Source: Chloroflexota bacterium (lineage in GTDB: Bacteria; Chloroflexota; Anaerolineae; Anaerolineales; VGOW01). Taken from it: a stretch of 64,000 bases of DNA. Position numbers and translations under genes: made by a program. A model generated the notes under the pieces. It made no database searches, was not told where the DNA came from, and worked only from the letters and a program-made list of their open reading frames with translations. Shown in pieces: positions 25,078 to 35,211 of this stretch; the first letter of the stretch is position 1, and every line of letters starts with the position of its first letter. The stretch covers positions 21,183-85,182 of the forward strand of contig VGOW01000008.1 in assembly GCA_016875735.1 (NCBI GenBank), read 5' to 3'.

Positions 25078-26355
25078 ATGCAAAACTCAGCGATGCGCCG
25101 ATTGATTTTTTTGCCTGCTCTCGCGTGGATAGCCGTTGCCTGCGCGCGCGACTCGGCCCCCGCCACCCTCGTCGTCCCCATCCCCTCCTCCGCCGCGACT
25201 CCGACACTCCCTTTCATCGAACCGACTCTCATCCCCTCAACCCCTCATCCCCTCGCTTTGCCCTCCACCCAAACTCCAACTCCAACTCTCACTCTCACCC
25301 CAGTCCCCACCGGACAAATCGGCCCCTTCAGTTTCCCGCTCGATGTCAATCCGCTCACCGGAGAGACGGTGTCCGATCTGGCGGTGTTGAATCGGCGACC
25401 ACTGGCGATCAAAGTCTCCAACTATCCCTCGTGTGTGCGCCCACAGTCGGGCCTCTCGCTGGCCGATCTCGTCTTCGAGCATTACGCCGAAGGCCCCACC
25501 ACTCGCTTCACCGCCATCTTCTACAGCCACGACGCTCCGTTGGTTGGCTCGGTGCGCTCGGCGCGGCTCATCGATCTCGAAATCCCGGCGATGTATCAAT
25601 CGCTGTTCGCCTTCTCCGGCGCAAGCTCCGGCGTGCTGAACAAACTGAAGGAAGCCGACTTCAAAGATTGGATTCTCTCGCCGGAGTTCGAGCCGGGTCA
25701 CGATGCCTTCTTTCGCGTGCCCATCGAGTCGCTCGCGGCGGAATGTCAAGCATTGGAGCATACCCTGTTCACCAGCGCCGATCGTTTGTGGGCCGACGCC
25801 GATGCCAAAGGCGTGAACGTCCGCCCGGCCATTCTGGGCATGGCCTTCAACGGCGAGCCGCCGTCCGGCGGCCTGCCCGCCAAGATCGCTTCACTCGCTT
25901 ACGATGGCGAATACGTGCGCTGGACGTATAGCGAGACCGCCGGGCGTTACTACCGATACGCCAACGGACAACAGCACACCGACGCCCTCACCGAGTCGCA
26001 GATCATGGCCGCCAATGTTGTCGTGGTGTTTGCCCATCACGTGCTCACCGACATCCTCGAAAACACGTTTGGTTACGATCCGCGCACCGGCAGGGGCGGC
26101 AGTCACTCGATTGAGATTCAATTGTGGGGCACGGGGCCTGCGCTCGTGTTCCGCGACGGGCAAATGTATTCGGTGACGTGGTTGAGGCAGGATCGATTCG
26201 GGGTGCTGGGGTTGGTGGACTCCGCCACCGGGCAGCTGTTTCCGCTGAAACCGGGCAACACTTGGTTTCAACTTGCCCCGCTCGATTCGCCTCTCACCCA
26301 GCCCGAAGCGGAAGCGTGGGAAGTTGCGCCGACGCGGCTGATAGAGACGCCGTGA
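25078..26355 (+). CDS. DUF3048 (YerB-like) lipoprotein
   Basis: Signal peptide/lipobox (AVAC). Conserved block PLAIKVSNYPSCVRPQSGLSLADLVFEHYAEGPTTRFTAIF...VRSARLID. Confidence 0.85.
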   Translation: MQNSAMRRLIFLPALAWIAVACARDSAPATLVVPIPSSAATPTLPFIEPTLIPSTPHPLALPSTQTPTPTLTLTPVPTGQIGPFSFPLDVNPLTGETVSDLAVLNRRPLAIKVSNYPSCVRPQSGLSLADLVFEHYAEGPTTRFTAIFYSHDAPLVGSVRSARLIDLEIPAMYQSLFAFSGASSGVLNKLKEADFKDWILSPEFEPGHDAFFRVPIESLAAECQALEHTLFTSADRLWADADAKGVNVRPAILGMAFNGEPPSGGLPAKIASLAYDGEYVRWTYSETAGRYYRYANGQQHTDALTESQIMAANVVVVFAHHVLTDILENTFGYDPRTGRGGSHSIEIQLWGTGPALVFRDGQMYSVTWLRQDRFGVLGLVDSATGQLFPLKPGNTWFQLAPLDSPLTQPEAEAWEVAPTRLIETP

Positions 26356-26416
26356 ACGGCGGATTGTAAGTGATGCACTTCAATTGGAGCTTTGCATACG
26401 ATCCATCCTAAAGTAT

Positions 26417-26656
26417 CACCGCAGAGACACGGAGCGCGCAGAGTTTTTTGAAGATGCAAAATGCATCGAAGGACTTTCTCAAAGTCATCTTGGAGTGTCA
26501 TGCCGAGGCGCGAAGCGCCGAAGCATCTCAAGATTTGCCCTGAGATTCTTCGCGCCTATGGCGCTCAGAATGACGTTTCGGGCTTTTGTCAATGGACTTT
26601 GGGAACGTTGTGACATGCACTGGTTTTTTCTCCGTGCTCTCTGCGGCTCTGCGGTG
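26417..26656. repeat. nested composite repeat: REP-C arms enclosing a REP-A-like hairpin
   Basis: Outer arms caccgcagagacacggagcgcgcagag (26417-26443) and ctccgtgctctctgcggctctgcggtg (26630-26656). Inner hairpin gtcatgccgagg...ctcagaatgac (26497-26574). Confidence 0.65.
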
Positions 26657-26741
26657 AAATCGTTCTGCACCGTTCCTGCGAGTGTTGCGCTTGCGTTGCG
26701 CCGTAACCCGACTATACTTGACCGAGATTACTGGAGGAACT

Positions 26742-27101
26742 ATGACCGACCTTTCTCGCAAAGACGTGATCATGATCTTGGCCGCCACTCAAAACGCCCG
26801 GCTCGCTGGCGTCGATCTATCGGGCTTGGATTTGAGCGGCCTGAATTTCGCGGGCGCAGATTTGATCCGCGCCAACCTCTCCGGCGCAAACCTCACCTAT
26901 GCCCACATGCGCCACACCCAGCTCGAAGACGCCAACCTCGAAGGCGCAGTGCTGGTCAACGCGAATCTCAAAGAAGCGAATCTCAAAGGCTGCAAGATCA
27001 AAGGCGCGAACTTGAGCGGCGCGAACTTGACCGACGCCAACCTCTTCGGCGTTGAACTCGACCCGACTCAAAAAAGCCACGCCAAAGGCCTCCCATATTA
27101 G
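26742..27101 (+). CDS. pentapeptide-repeat protein
   Basis: GGAGG upstream of ATG 26742. Tandem A(D/N)LxG pentapeptides (LSGLDLSGLNFAGADLIRANLSGANL...). Confidence 0.85.
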   Translation: MTDLSRKDVIMILAATQNARLAGVDLSGLDLSGLNFAGADLIRANLSGANLTYAHMRHTQLEDANLEGAVLVNANLKEANLKGCKIKGANLSGANLTDANLFGVELDPTQKSHAKGLPY

Positions 27102-27221
27102 CGAGACCGATGCGGTTTACGAAACTGCGTCGGCCTGCCTCCCCACCACCATATTTCGCGCGCACACAAATTCGCGCCGTAGTCCCAACGAGATCATGCC
27201 TATGATAAAATTCCCCGCGCC

Positions 27222-28541
27222 ATGTCCCGAACAACTTTACCTCTTTCACTCATTCTCTTTTTGATTCTCCTCTCCGCTTGCAATTCAGCCACCAACCCAA
27301 CCACCCAACCACCCAACCACCCAACCACCCTTCCTCCGGCAGTCACCCTGAACGGCCCCACCCTCACGCCGCCGCCGCCCGCCGTCACTCTCATCTCCCC
27401 CACCGACTCCGTTCAACCGTCGGCCACGCCACTCGCGGCCATCGGCCCCGAAACGTATCCCGCCGGAGTCAACCCGCTCACCGGCCTCCCTGCCGACGAG
27501 GCGGCGCTCAATCATCGCCCGCTGGCGATCAAAATCTCGAACTTCCCGCGATACGTCCGCCCGCAAGCCGGACTCTCACTGGCCGACATCGTCTTCGAGC
27601 ATTATTCTGAAGGCGGCACCACTCGCTTCACCGCCGTCTTTTACGGCAACAACGCCGATCGCATCGGCCCCATCCGTTCGGCGCGGCTCATCGACACCGT
27701 GATTCCCGAAATGTTTCGCGCCGCGTTGGTGGCTTCGGGCAGTTCATCCGGCGTGCTTCAACGCATCGCTTACAAAGATTGGGCCGATGTGTTCGTGGCC
27801 GAAACCAGCGGCTACGGCTGCCCGACTCTGCTGTGCCCCGAAAGCGAAGATGCCAACTCGTTGTTCAGCTCCACCGCCGCCATCCGGCAAGCCCTCGCCG
27901 CAAAGGGATTCGACACTCGCCAATCGTTTCGAGGCGTGGCTTATTTGAATCAGCCGCCAGCGGGCGGCGCGGCGGTGAGCACACTGCGCGTTGAATACAG
28001 CGGTGAAGCGCACACCGAGTGGCACTACAACCCTGTCTCTGCAAGATACGAGCGCTGGTCGGAGACGAGCGCCACCGACATGCAGGCCCACTTCGACGCA
28101 GCCAACAAACAGCAAATCACGGCGGCTAACGTCATTGTCCTCTTCGTCAATCATGTCGTCGATTTCAGCATCCCCGAAGACTTCGACACCGACGGCTTCA
28201 CCGGCCATTTCAGCACCGAAGTGCAACTGTGGGCCACCGGCCCGGCGTGGCTTCTGCGCGATGGGCAGGCGTATCAGGCCACGTGGGTGCGATTGAACAA
28301 AGGCGATATGGTGGGACTCGTGGACGCGAAGAACAACGTCATCCCCCTCAAACCGGGAAACACGTGGTATCAAGTCGTCGGCCTCTACAGCGACTCCGTC
28401 ACCGACGGCGCGAACTGGATCGTGCGCCACAAATCTCCACGCGACAAAGGCGACATCCCCGGCGTGCCCTCGCCCACACCCACCCTCGAAGGCGCAACCC
28501 CCGAAGCCACCCCCGCCGAAACGCCGACAGCGGCGCCGTGA
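27222..28541 (+). CDS. DUF3048 (YerB-like) lipoprotein, paralog
   Basis: Lipobox LLSAC and the same conserved block as 25078-26355 (PLAIKISNFPRYVRPQAGLSLADIVFEHYSEGGTTRFTAVF...IRSARLID). Confidence 0.85.
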   Translation: MSRTTLPLSLILFLILLSACNSATNPTTQPPNHPTTLPPAVTLNGPTLTPPPPAVTLISPTDSVQPSATPLAAIGPETYPAGVNPLTGLPADEAALNHRPLAIKISNFPRYVRPQAGLSLADIVFEHYSEGGTTRFTAVFYGNNADRIGPIRSARLIDTVIPEMFRAALVASGSSSGVLQRIAYKDWADVFVAETSGYGCPTLLCPESEDANSLFSSTAAIRQALAAKGFDTRQSFRGVAYLNQPPAGGAAVSTLRVEYSGEAHTEWHYNPVSARYERWSETSATDMQAHFDAANKQQITAANVIVLFVNHVVDFSIPEDFDTDGFTGHFSTEVQLWATGPAWLLRDGQAYQATWVRLNKGDMVGLVDAKNNVIPLKPGNTWYQVVGLYSDSVTDGANWIVRHKSPRDKGDIPGVPSPTPTLEGATPEATPAETPTAAP

Positions 28542-28636
28542 TCAGAAGTTAGAAGTCGGAAGCCCGAACATTGATTCCGCCTCTGACCTCCAACCTCTGA
28601 CTACTGTCTCCCGACTACTGTCTTCTGACTTCTGAT
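28542..28636. repeat. heptamer-word array (TCAGAAG / CTGACTT family)
   Basis: tcagaagttagaagtcggaag ... ctctgacctccaacctctgactactgtctcccgactactgtcttctgacttctga. Confidence 0.65.
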
Positions 28637-28650
28637 ATACAATCCGCCGT

Positions 28651-30309
28651 GTGAATTCGGAAGACATCGCCCGAACTCCCCGGCCCAAGCCCCTTTCGGA
28701 TCGCCTGCATGCGTGGGCCGAAGCCCAACAAAACGTCACCGCCACCGTGGGCACGGCCTTCGAACTGCCCGACGTTGCCAACCGAGTCCTCAGCGCCATC
28801 GTCAAGATGATTCCGTGCGACACGGCCTCGCTCTTCCTTCGCTATGGCGACGTGATGCGCGTGTGCGCCGTTCACAACCTGCCCGCCGAAATCATCGGCG
28901 CCGAATACGCGCTGGCTTGGCCGCTGGCCGAGCAAATGATGATGACCCGCTCGCCGGTGTGGCTCGACGACGTGCAATCGGATGTGCGAGTGGTGGCCGT
29001 GCCCGACGCCGAACGCGTTCGCGGCTGGCTGGCCGCGCCCCTCATCGTCGGCGAGCGCATGATCGGGCAAGTGTCGCTCGGCTCGCTCATCCCTGCCAGT
29101 TACGGAATTGAAGAAGCCGAAGTGCTGGAGATGATGGCCCGCCAAGCCGCGTTGGCTCTCGAAAACGCGCAGCTCTACAGCGAGGCTACGCGCCGCCTCC
29201 AGCAAATGGCGACGCTCAATGAAATTTCCAGCGCCGCCCTTTCCACGCTCGACTTCGACGAGATCGCTCATCGATTGGCGTTGGCTTTGCGGCGCGCGCT
29301 CAAATACGAAAACCTGACTCTGTGGATGGCGACCGACACCGGCGGGCATCTCGGCCTTCGCCCGGTGGACACCGACTCCGCTCCCATCGCGTGGGGGCAC
29401 GGACTCGTGGGGCAAGCGGCGGCGCAGGGCCGCTCGTTGTGGATGAACGACTCCCCGCAAAATGAATCGGAGGCGGTGTCGCTCGGAGTCACGAGCCTGC
29501 GCTCACAACTCTGTGTGCCCATGAGAATCGGCGAGCGCGTGATCGGCGTAATCGAAACGCATAGTTTTCGCCCGTCGGCATTCAACGATGCCGATGTTCA
29601 TTTGCTGAGCATTGTGGCCGGGCAGTTGGCCGGTGCGGCGGTGGGCCAATTGGCGGCGGGCGTTGCCCACGAGATCAATAACCCCCTCACCACCATTTCC
29701 GGCTTCAGCGAATTGCTGTTGAGCGATTTGCCGCAAGACAACCCGATGCGGAACGATCTCACCCTCATTCGCCGCGAGTCACAGAGAGCGCGCGATGTGG
29801 TGCGCCGCCTGCTCGACTTTGCCCGGCAGACCGGCCCGCACAGCGAGCCCGCCGATATGAACGATGTGGTGCGCGACACGGTGGCGCTGATGCGCAATGC
29901 GGCGGCCACAAAACACGTGCGCGTGACGGAAGATTACGCGCGCGATCTCCCCTGGGCGCGCATGGACGTGAATCAGTTCAAGCAAGTGGTGCTCAACTTG
30001 CTCAACAATTCGATGCAGGCCATGCCCAAAGGCGGAATGCTCACGGTGACGACCGAGCCGTGCGAACGCGATGGCAAGCGCGGCGTGTGCCTCCTCGTCA
30101 CCGACACCGGAGTGGGAATTCCGCCCGAACATATGGAGCGCATCTTCGAGCCGTTCTTCACCACCAAACCCACTGGCGAGGGCACGGGCCTCGGGCTGGC
30201 GGTGAGTTACGGCATCGTGCGCGAGCATGGCGGATGGATCAAAGTGACCAGCGCCGCCGGGCGCACGACATTCACCGTCTCTCTGCCGATAGAGAGAGTG
30301 GACAAGTAG
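28651..30309 (+). CDS. GAF-domain sensor histidine kinase
   Basis: Two GAF modules (ending LENAQLY), H-box [10 protein letters not shown], HATPase boxes ([15 protein letters not shown]). GTG start. Confidence 0.9.
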   Translation: MNSEDIARTPRPKPLSDRLHAWAEAQQNVTATVGTAFELPDVANRVLSAIVKMIPCDTASLFLRYGDVMRVCAVHNLPAEIIGAEYALAWPLAEQMMMTRSPVWLDDVQSDVRVVAVPDAERVRGWLAAPLIVGERMIGQVSLGSLIPASYGIEEAEVLEMMARQAALALENAQLYSEATRRLQQMATLNEISSAALSTLDFDEIAHRLALALRRALKYENLTLWMATDTGGHLGLRPVDTDSAPIAWGHGLVGQAAAQGRSLWMNDSPQNESEAVSLGVTSLRSQLCVPMRIGERVIGVIETHSFRPSAFNDADVHLLSIVAGQLAGAAVGQLAAGVAHEINNPLTTISGFSELLLSDLPQDNPMRNDLTLIRRESQRARDVVRRLLDFARQTGPHSEPADMNDVVRDTVALMRNAAATKHVRVTEDYARDLPWARMDVNQFKQVVLNLLNNSMQAMPKGGMLTVTTEPCERDGKRGVCLLVTDTGVGIPPEHMERIFEPFFTTKPTGEGTGLGLAVSYGIVREHGGWIKVTSAAGRTTFTVSLPIERVDK

Positions 30310-30424
30310 TTGTTTAACCACGAGGGCGCGAAGACCCAAAGGCGCAAAGAGAATAAAAATGCCTTCGTGTCTTCGCGCCTTTGAGTCTTGGTGTTGAACT
30401 ATATTGCGAAAGGAAGGACTTCTT

Positions 30425-31231
30425 ATGGCCCCGCCCCAAGTATTGGTAGTGGATGATGAACGCGCCTCGCGGCTGTCGTTGAGCGAAATACTGCGGCTCG
30501 ACGGTTGCGATGTGCAAATGGCCGCCTCCGGCGAAGAGGCTTTGCAATTGCTGGCGAACAAGCCGATCGATTTGATGATGCTCGACATCAAAATGCCGGG
30601 CATGGACGGAATGCGCGTGCTGGCCGAGTCTCGCCGCATTTCGCCGCAGACCGTCGTCATCATGCTCACGGCGCACGGCACGCTCGACACGGCCATGCAG
30701 GCCATCGAGAGTCAGGCCTTTGCCTATTTGCTCAAGCCCTCGCCGCCCGATGTGATTTTGGACAAGGTGCGGCGTGGGCTGGCGAAGCGGCAAGAGTTGG
30801 CGCACAAGGGCCAACTGCTCGATCAGATCGAGCGCAGTCTCCACGAACTGCGCACCGATTCGTCGTCGGCGACTGCGGAACCGGCCACCCCCAAACTGGT
30901 GAGCGGCGGCGGCATCCTTCTCGACTTCAACCGCCGCGAGGCCACTATCGGCGGGAAGAATTTGCACCTCACCCCCACCGAGTTCCGGTTGCTCACGGCG
31001 TTGATGACTCGGCCCGATCAAGTGATGACGGCGCGGCAATTGGTGCGCGAGGCGCAGGGCTACGAGGCCGACGACCGCGAAGCGCGCGAGATCATTCGCC
31101 CCACCATCAGCCGGTTGCGAAGCAAACTTGCCCCGTACCCGCACAGCGCGAAATGCTTGGTGAGCGTGCGCGGGCAGGGATACATGTTTAGCGAAAGGGG
31201 AGGGGGAGTGAAGGATGAAAGTGGCAGGTAG
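30425..31231 (+). CDS. OmpR-family response regulator
   Basis: AAGGAAGGA upstream of ATG 30425. Receiver (VLVVDDE...MLDIKMPGMDG) plus winged helix (LTPTEFRLLTALM...VRGQGYMF). Confidence 0.9.
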   Translation: MAPPQVLVVDDERASRLSLSEILRLDGCDVQMAASGEEALQLLANKPIDLMMLDIKMPGMDGMRVLAESRRISPQTVVIMLTAHGTLDTAMQAIESQAFAYLLKPSPPDVILDKVRRGLAKRQELAHKGQLLDQIERSLHELRTDSSSATAEPATPKLVSGGGILLDFNRREATIGGKNLHLTPTEFRLLTALMTRPDQVMTARQLVREAQGYEADDREAREIIRPTISRLRSKLAPYPHSAKCLVSVRGQGYMFSERGGGVKDESGR

Positions 31232-31298
31232 CGAGTGGCGGTTGCTGACCACTGTTTACCGATCACCGATCACTGATTACCAATCACCAATTACTACC
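31208..31298. repeat. two heptamer arrays (GTGGCAG words; ACCGATC words)
   Basis: gaaggatgaaagtggcaggtagcgagtggcgg, then accgatc accgatc actgatt accaatc accaatt. Located between convergent genes. Confidence 0.65.
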
Positions 31299-31302
31299 CC
31301 TT

Positions 31303-33258
31303 TCACCCCGCCATCATCTCCTCGATTTGCGCCGCCACTTGCACCGCGTCGCTCGTCTCAGATTGATTCATCCGCAGTTGATTGGCAACGCGGCGCAGAA
31401 TGGATGGATTTACTTGCGCCAATGCTCTCGTCGCCGACTGCCACAGCTGACGCAGATCGGGGTTGGAGTGAGTGGCGGCCAGCACCGCGATCTGCGCGGG
31501 CGACGAGGCGTTGGACCCGGAGACCACGATGTTCTCGCCCAGCTCGCGCCCGGCGTTCGCCCAATAGTAACTGAGCATCGGGTTGATCAATCCGCGCATC
31601 CGGCTCCACAACGGATCATCCTCCTGCACCAGCGAGAAGAACGCCAAATAGTATGGCCGCGACCCGGCGTAGTTGTGATGCACTTGCGAAAGCTCTCCGG
31701 CCTTCACGCTCGCATACGAAGCCATATACCATCGCAAGTCTTCGAGCGTTGCCCCTTCCTCTCCAGCCTTCACCGATTCGGCTTGAATGCGGCAGGCCAA
31801 AAGATAACTGCTGGCCGAGGCGGCGAAATCTTGCGACCGCTGGAGCATAGCCTTCTGCGCCCACGTGTGCGCTTGATGCGGATCAAGGGGCATCGTCTCC
31901 GATAATTGAACCTTTTCGATGTCGGCGCAGATGGGTTGCAGGGCCGGCTCATCGCAAAACGGAATCGCCCCGCGCCCCGGCAGTGAGTATCGCTTGCCGT
32001 CGGTCACAATGCGCCCCCGCGCCACGAGATCATCGAGAAGCGTTTGGATGTAATCGGTTTCGTGCCGGTCGCTCAGCAAAATTGCCGCGAGTTCGGCAGA
32101 ATCGATCTCCAACCCGGCATTCACCACTGCATACACAAACCCCGATTCAGCGCGGCGCACGAAAGTGGCCTCGCTGTCGATGTCCTCGGCCAGCCACACC
32201 GGCACGTGGAAGGAAGTGGTTTGGCCGCCCCGATAATCGAACGCGCGCTGGCGGAAACCCATTTGCCAAATCTGCCGCAGAGTGGTTTTGCTGCGGATGA
32301 GGCCGTGCGACTCATATCGCTCGCGCAATTCTTCGAGCAGTTGATCGGCAGTGCGCCGGCCCGGCTGTTCGCGCAGTTCGCGGTAGAGGTCGCGCAGAAC
32401 GTCGCGGCGGGTGGCGTAATCCACCGACGTCATCTTGAGTCGATTGAAAATCTGGCGGTAAAGAACTTCGTGGGTGTGTTTGGGCGCGGACTCCTCGGCG
32501 AGGGCTTCCACCGGGCTGAGGGCGAATCCGCCGGGGGCGGCGAAATCCTTCGGCGCCACATACAACTGCATCTCTTTGACCAACAGATTCGCCACTTCGC
32601 GCTGGTCGTCGAGCCAGCTCTTGAATTGATCGTAGCCGAAGTTCGCCTCGTTGAATGTGGGATCCATCAACAGCATCGTTTGTTTGAGTTTGGCCGCCAG
32701 CACCGGCACCTCGCCGCGCTGGCCGTGCGCCTGCACTGCTCTCAACAGCACGGTGCGCGCCGACTCCTGATCGGTTGCTGTGGGCTCGGAGACGCCGTTG
32801 ATTTCGCCCAGCGCGGTTTCGAGATACACAAACTCGTCGCACGATTTGACCAGCAGGCGATGGGCAATGTTGCGCGGGCCGATGCCCAGCGTATAACGGC
32901 CATACTCGCGCAGTTTGGTCACCAGCGGGCCGAAGTCACTGTCGCCGGAGATGATGACGAAGGTGCTGATCTGCGAGCGGCTCATGGCTGTTTCGAGCGC
33001 GTCTATTGCCATGCGGATGTCGGCGCGGTTCTTTCCGGCGCGCACCGAATAGATCTGAATCAAGTCCACGGCGTTGTTCATCAGTTCGTCGCGGTAGCGC
33101 GAGAATCGGCTCCAGTCGCCGTAGGCGCGTTTGATCACCACCGGCCCCCGGCTCTGGAGATATTCCATAAGCGGGGTGAGTTCGAAGTCGAAAAATTCTT
33201 GCTCAGCCCAAATGGCTACGTTTTCAAAGTCAATGAAGACGGCTAACTGATCGGCCAT
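31303..33258 (-). CDS. NYN (LabA-like PIN-fold) + OST-HTH/LOTUS protein with long uncharacterised C-terminal region
   Basis: N-terminus AVFIDFENV...AYGDW...IISGDSDFGPLVTKLREYG (NYN), then a LOTUS-like segment (VPVLAAKLKQTMLLMDPTFNEANFGYDQFKSWL). About 400 further residues carry no recognised motif. Confidence 0.85.
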   Translation of the reverse strand: MADQLAVFIDFENVAIWAEQEFFDFELTPLMEYLQSRGPVVIKRAYGDWSRFSRYRDELMNNAVDLIQIYSVRAGKNRADIRMAIDALETAMSRSQISTFVIISGDSDFGPLVTKLREYGRYTLGIGPRNIAHRLLVKSCDEFVYLETALGEINGVSEPTATDQESARTVLLRAVQAHGQRGEVPVLAAKLKQTMLLMDPTFNEANFGYDQFKSWLDDQREVANLLVKEMQLYVAPKDFAAPGGFALSPVEALAEESAPKHTHEVLYRQIFNRLKMTSVDYATRRDVLRDLYRELREQPGRRTADQLLEELRERYESHGLIRSKTTLRQIWQMGFRQRAFDYRGGQTTSFHVPVWLAEDIDSEATFVRRAESGFVYAVVNAGLEIDSAELAAILLSDRHETDYIQTLLDDLVARGRIVTDGKRYSLPGRGAIPFCDEPALQPICADIEKVQLSETMPLDPHQAHTWAQKAMLQRSQDFAASASSYLLACRIQAESVKAGEEGATLEDLRWYMASYASVKAGELSQVHHNYAGSRPYYLAFFSLVQEDDPLWSRMRGLINPMLSYYWANAGRELGENIVVSGSNASSPAQIAVLAATHSNPDLRQLWQSATRALAQVNPSILRRVANQLRMNQSETSDAVQVAAQIEEMMAG

Positions 33259-33263
33259 TTTTT

Positions 33264-33296
33264 AGTCATCAGCTATCAGCCATCAGCCGTCAGTCA
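33264..33296. repeat. heptamer array (ATCAGCC words)
   Basis: atcagct atcagcc atcagcc gtcagtc, immediately upstream of the NYN gene start. Confidence 0.6.
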
Positions 33297-33528
33297 ATTT
33301 TTTCTGACCACTGATTGCCGAATGCCGAAGGTGATTTTTTCGGGCGTTGCGAATAACCGAACGCGCCGTTCCGCCAACCGCTTGGGGCAGGGCTTGCCCC
33401 TGCCCACTGCAGGGCGACGCAACCCCGCCAAAGGCGGGGCAGGTGGTCGCCTCTACGTTCATGGATAGCGGCGCGAGCGACGGCACTGCCGTCGCTCGCT
33501 CGTTATTTCCTATAGAGTCTAAACTGCG

Positions 33529-35211
33529 TTACTCTCGGAGGATATTGTAGCGTACTTCGGGCGCTTTGCGGGCAACGCTTTTTTCGGCGAGGCGGGCGAG
33601 GCGCAGAAGGGTGTGTTCGCTCCAATGTTTGCCCATGGCCTGCATGCCAATGGGCAGGCCGCCGGAATCGTAACCCACCGGGAACGAAATGGCCGGGAGG
33701 CCGACGAAGTTGCCCGGCACGATGAAGCGCATGGCTTCGGTGACCACGCTCAGATCCGACTCGCCGTCGGGCAACACGTCGGGGCGGATGGGCGGGGCGG
33801 TGATGGCGGTTGTGGGGGTGATGATGGCATCCACGTGTTTCATGGCTTCGGCGAAATGCGCCATGGCCCGCGCGCGCACGCGTTGGGCTTGAACGTAATC
33901 GCGCGAGGTGCACGCGCGCCCAATGACCAAATTGACGCGCACGTCGGGCGCGTGATCGCGGCCATGCTCGGCGCGATACTTCTCCATTTCTGCGGCCATC
34001 TCCGAAAGGATGGTGACGGCGTGGGCGATGCGCACGGCGTCGAGTTCGGGGATTTCGATCTCGCGCACTTGCGCCCCGGCGCTCTCGAAAGTTTTGAGCA
34101 TTGCGTTGCAGGCCGAGACGATCTCCGGCGCGGCGTGATCGAACCACGCCCGGTACACGCCCAATGTGAGTCCGCGCAAGTCGGCGTCCCCGAATCGGTC
34201 GAGAGTGATCGGCGGCTGGTGCATCGTGTTTGGGTCATTCGGGTCGGCTCCGGCGATGACGGCATAAGCCAGCGCGCAGTCGGCGGCGGCGGCGGCGAGC
34301 GGCCCCACGTGCGCCACGCTCCAGCACAGCGGGAACGCGCCGTGTTCGCTGATGCGGCCATAGGTGGCTTTGAGTCCGACGACTCCGCAAAACGCGGCGG
34401 GGATGCGGATCGATCCGCCGCCGTCGGCGCCGATGGCCACCGGGCACAAGCCTGCGGCCACTGCCGCCGCCGGGCCGCTCGAACTGCCTCCGGTGTAGTG
34501 GCCGACTCTGTAGGGGTTGCGCGCGGTGCCGTGATGGGCGTTGAAGCCCATCGGATTGATTCCGATCTCGTGCATGTTGGCTTTGCCGATGAGCAGTGCG
34601 CCTGCGGCGCGCAGTCGGGCCACCACCGTTGAATCGGTTCGGGCGGGAGAGCGGCCCAAAAATTTTGTGCCGACGGTGGTGGGGTACGGGATCATGTCCA
34701 CTTCGTCTTTGATGGCGACGGGGACACCGTCGAATACGCTGAGGGGTTTGCCGTCGCGGTGCCGTTGCGCCGAGGCGCGGGCTTGGGCCATCACGTCGTC
34801 GGCGTTGACGGCGATGAAGGCGCGGAGGGCGGGCGAACGCGAGTCGCTTTCTTTGATCGAGTCGAGCACGCGGCGGGCAACGTCTTCGGGAGTGAGACGA
34901 TTGGCGCGGTATGCGTCGGCGTAATCGCGCACGGTGGCGAAGCGAAAGCCATTGGCGGTGGCGGGCGCGCGGGCGATGGAGTCGAGGTCGGGCGCAGGGG
35001 CGGATCCCGTTTCGGTCGATTCGACGAGCGGCGTAAAGGTGGGCGATTCGTCGAGAGTCATGCGCCGGAGTTTGGTGATGCCGCCCGACTCCAAAAGGTT
35101 GCCCATGAGCAATGAGGCGGTAACGGGGTTCTCCACAAGTTCGGTGAAGGCGCGCAGGCCTGCGCCCGCGAGTCGCGGAAGGTTGACGGCTTTGAGATCA
35201 TATTGGCTCAT
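33529..35211 (-). CDS. amidase-signature family amidase
   Basis: GVPVAIKD...[14 protein letters not shown]...[17 protein letters not shown] motifs. ATG 35211 forms an ATGA overlap with the upstream gene's stop. The ORF-track N-terminal extension is rejected. Confidence 0.88.
   Translation of the reverse strand: MSQYDLKAVNLPRLAGAGLRAFTELVENPVTASLLMGNLLESGGITKLRRMTLDESPTFTPLVESTETGSAPAPDLDSIARAPATANGFRFATVRDYADAYRANRLTPEDVARRVLDSIKESDSRSPALRAFIAVNADDVMAQARASAQRHRDGKPLSVFDGVPVAIKDEVDMIPYPTTVGTKFLGRSPARTDSTVVARLRAAGALLIGKANMHEIGINPMGFNAHHGTARNPYRVGHYTGGSSSGPAAAVAAGLCPVAIGADGGGSIRIPAAFCGVVGLKATYGRISEHGAFPLCWSVAHVGPLAAAAADCALAYAVIAGADPNDPNTMHQPPITLDRFGDADLRGLTLGVYRAWFDHAAPEIVSACNAMLKTFESAGAQVREIEIPELDAVRIAHAVTILSEMAAEMEKYRAEHGRDHAPDVRVNLVIGRACTSRDYVQAQRVRARAMAHFAEAMKHVDAIITPTTAITAPPIRPDVLPDGESDLSVVTEAMRFIVPGNFVGLPAISFPVGYDSGGLPIGMQAMGKHWSEHTLLRLARLAEKSVARKAPEVRYNILRE

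Noticed and set aside
26384-27055. 223-aa ORF covering the repeat nest and part of the pentapeptide gene.
   Set aside because: Its first half is encoded by REP hairpins. Its second half is out of frame with a clear pentapeptide-repeat CDS that has its own GGAGG SD.
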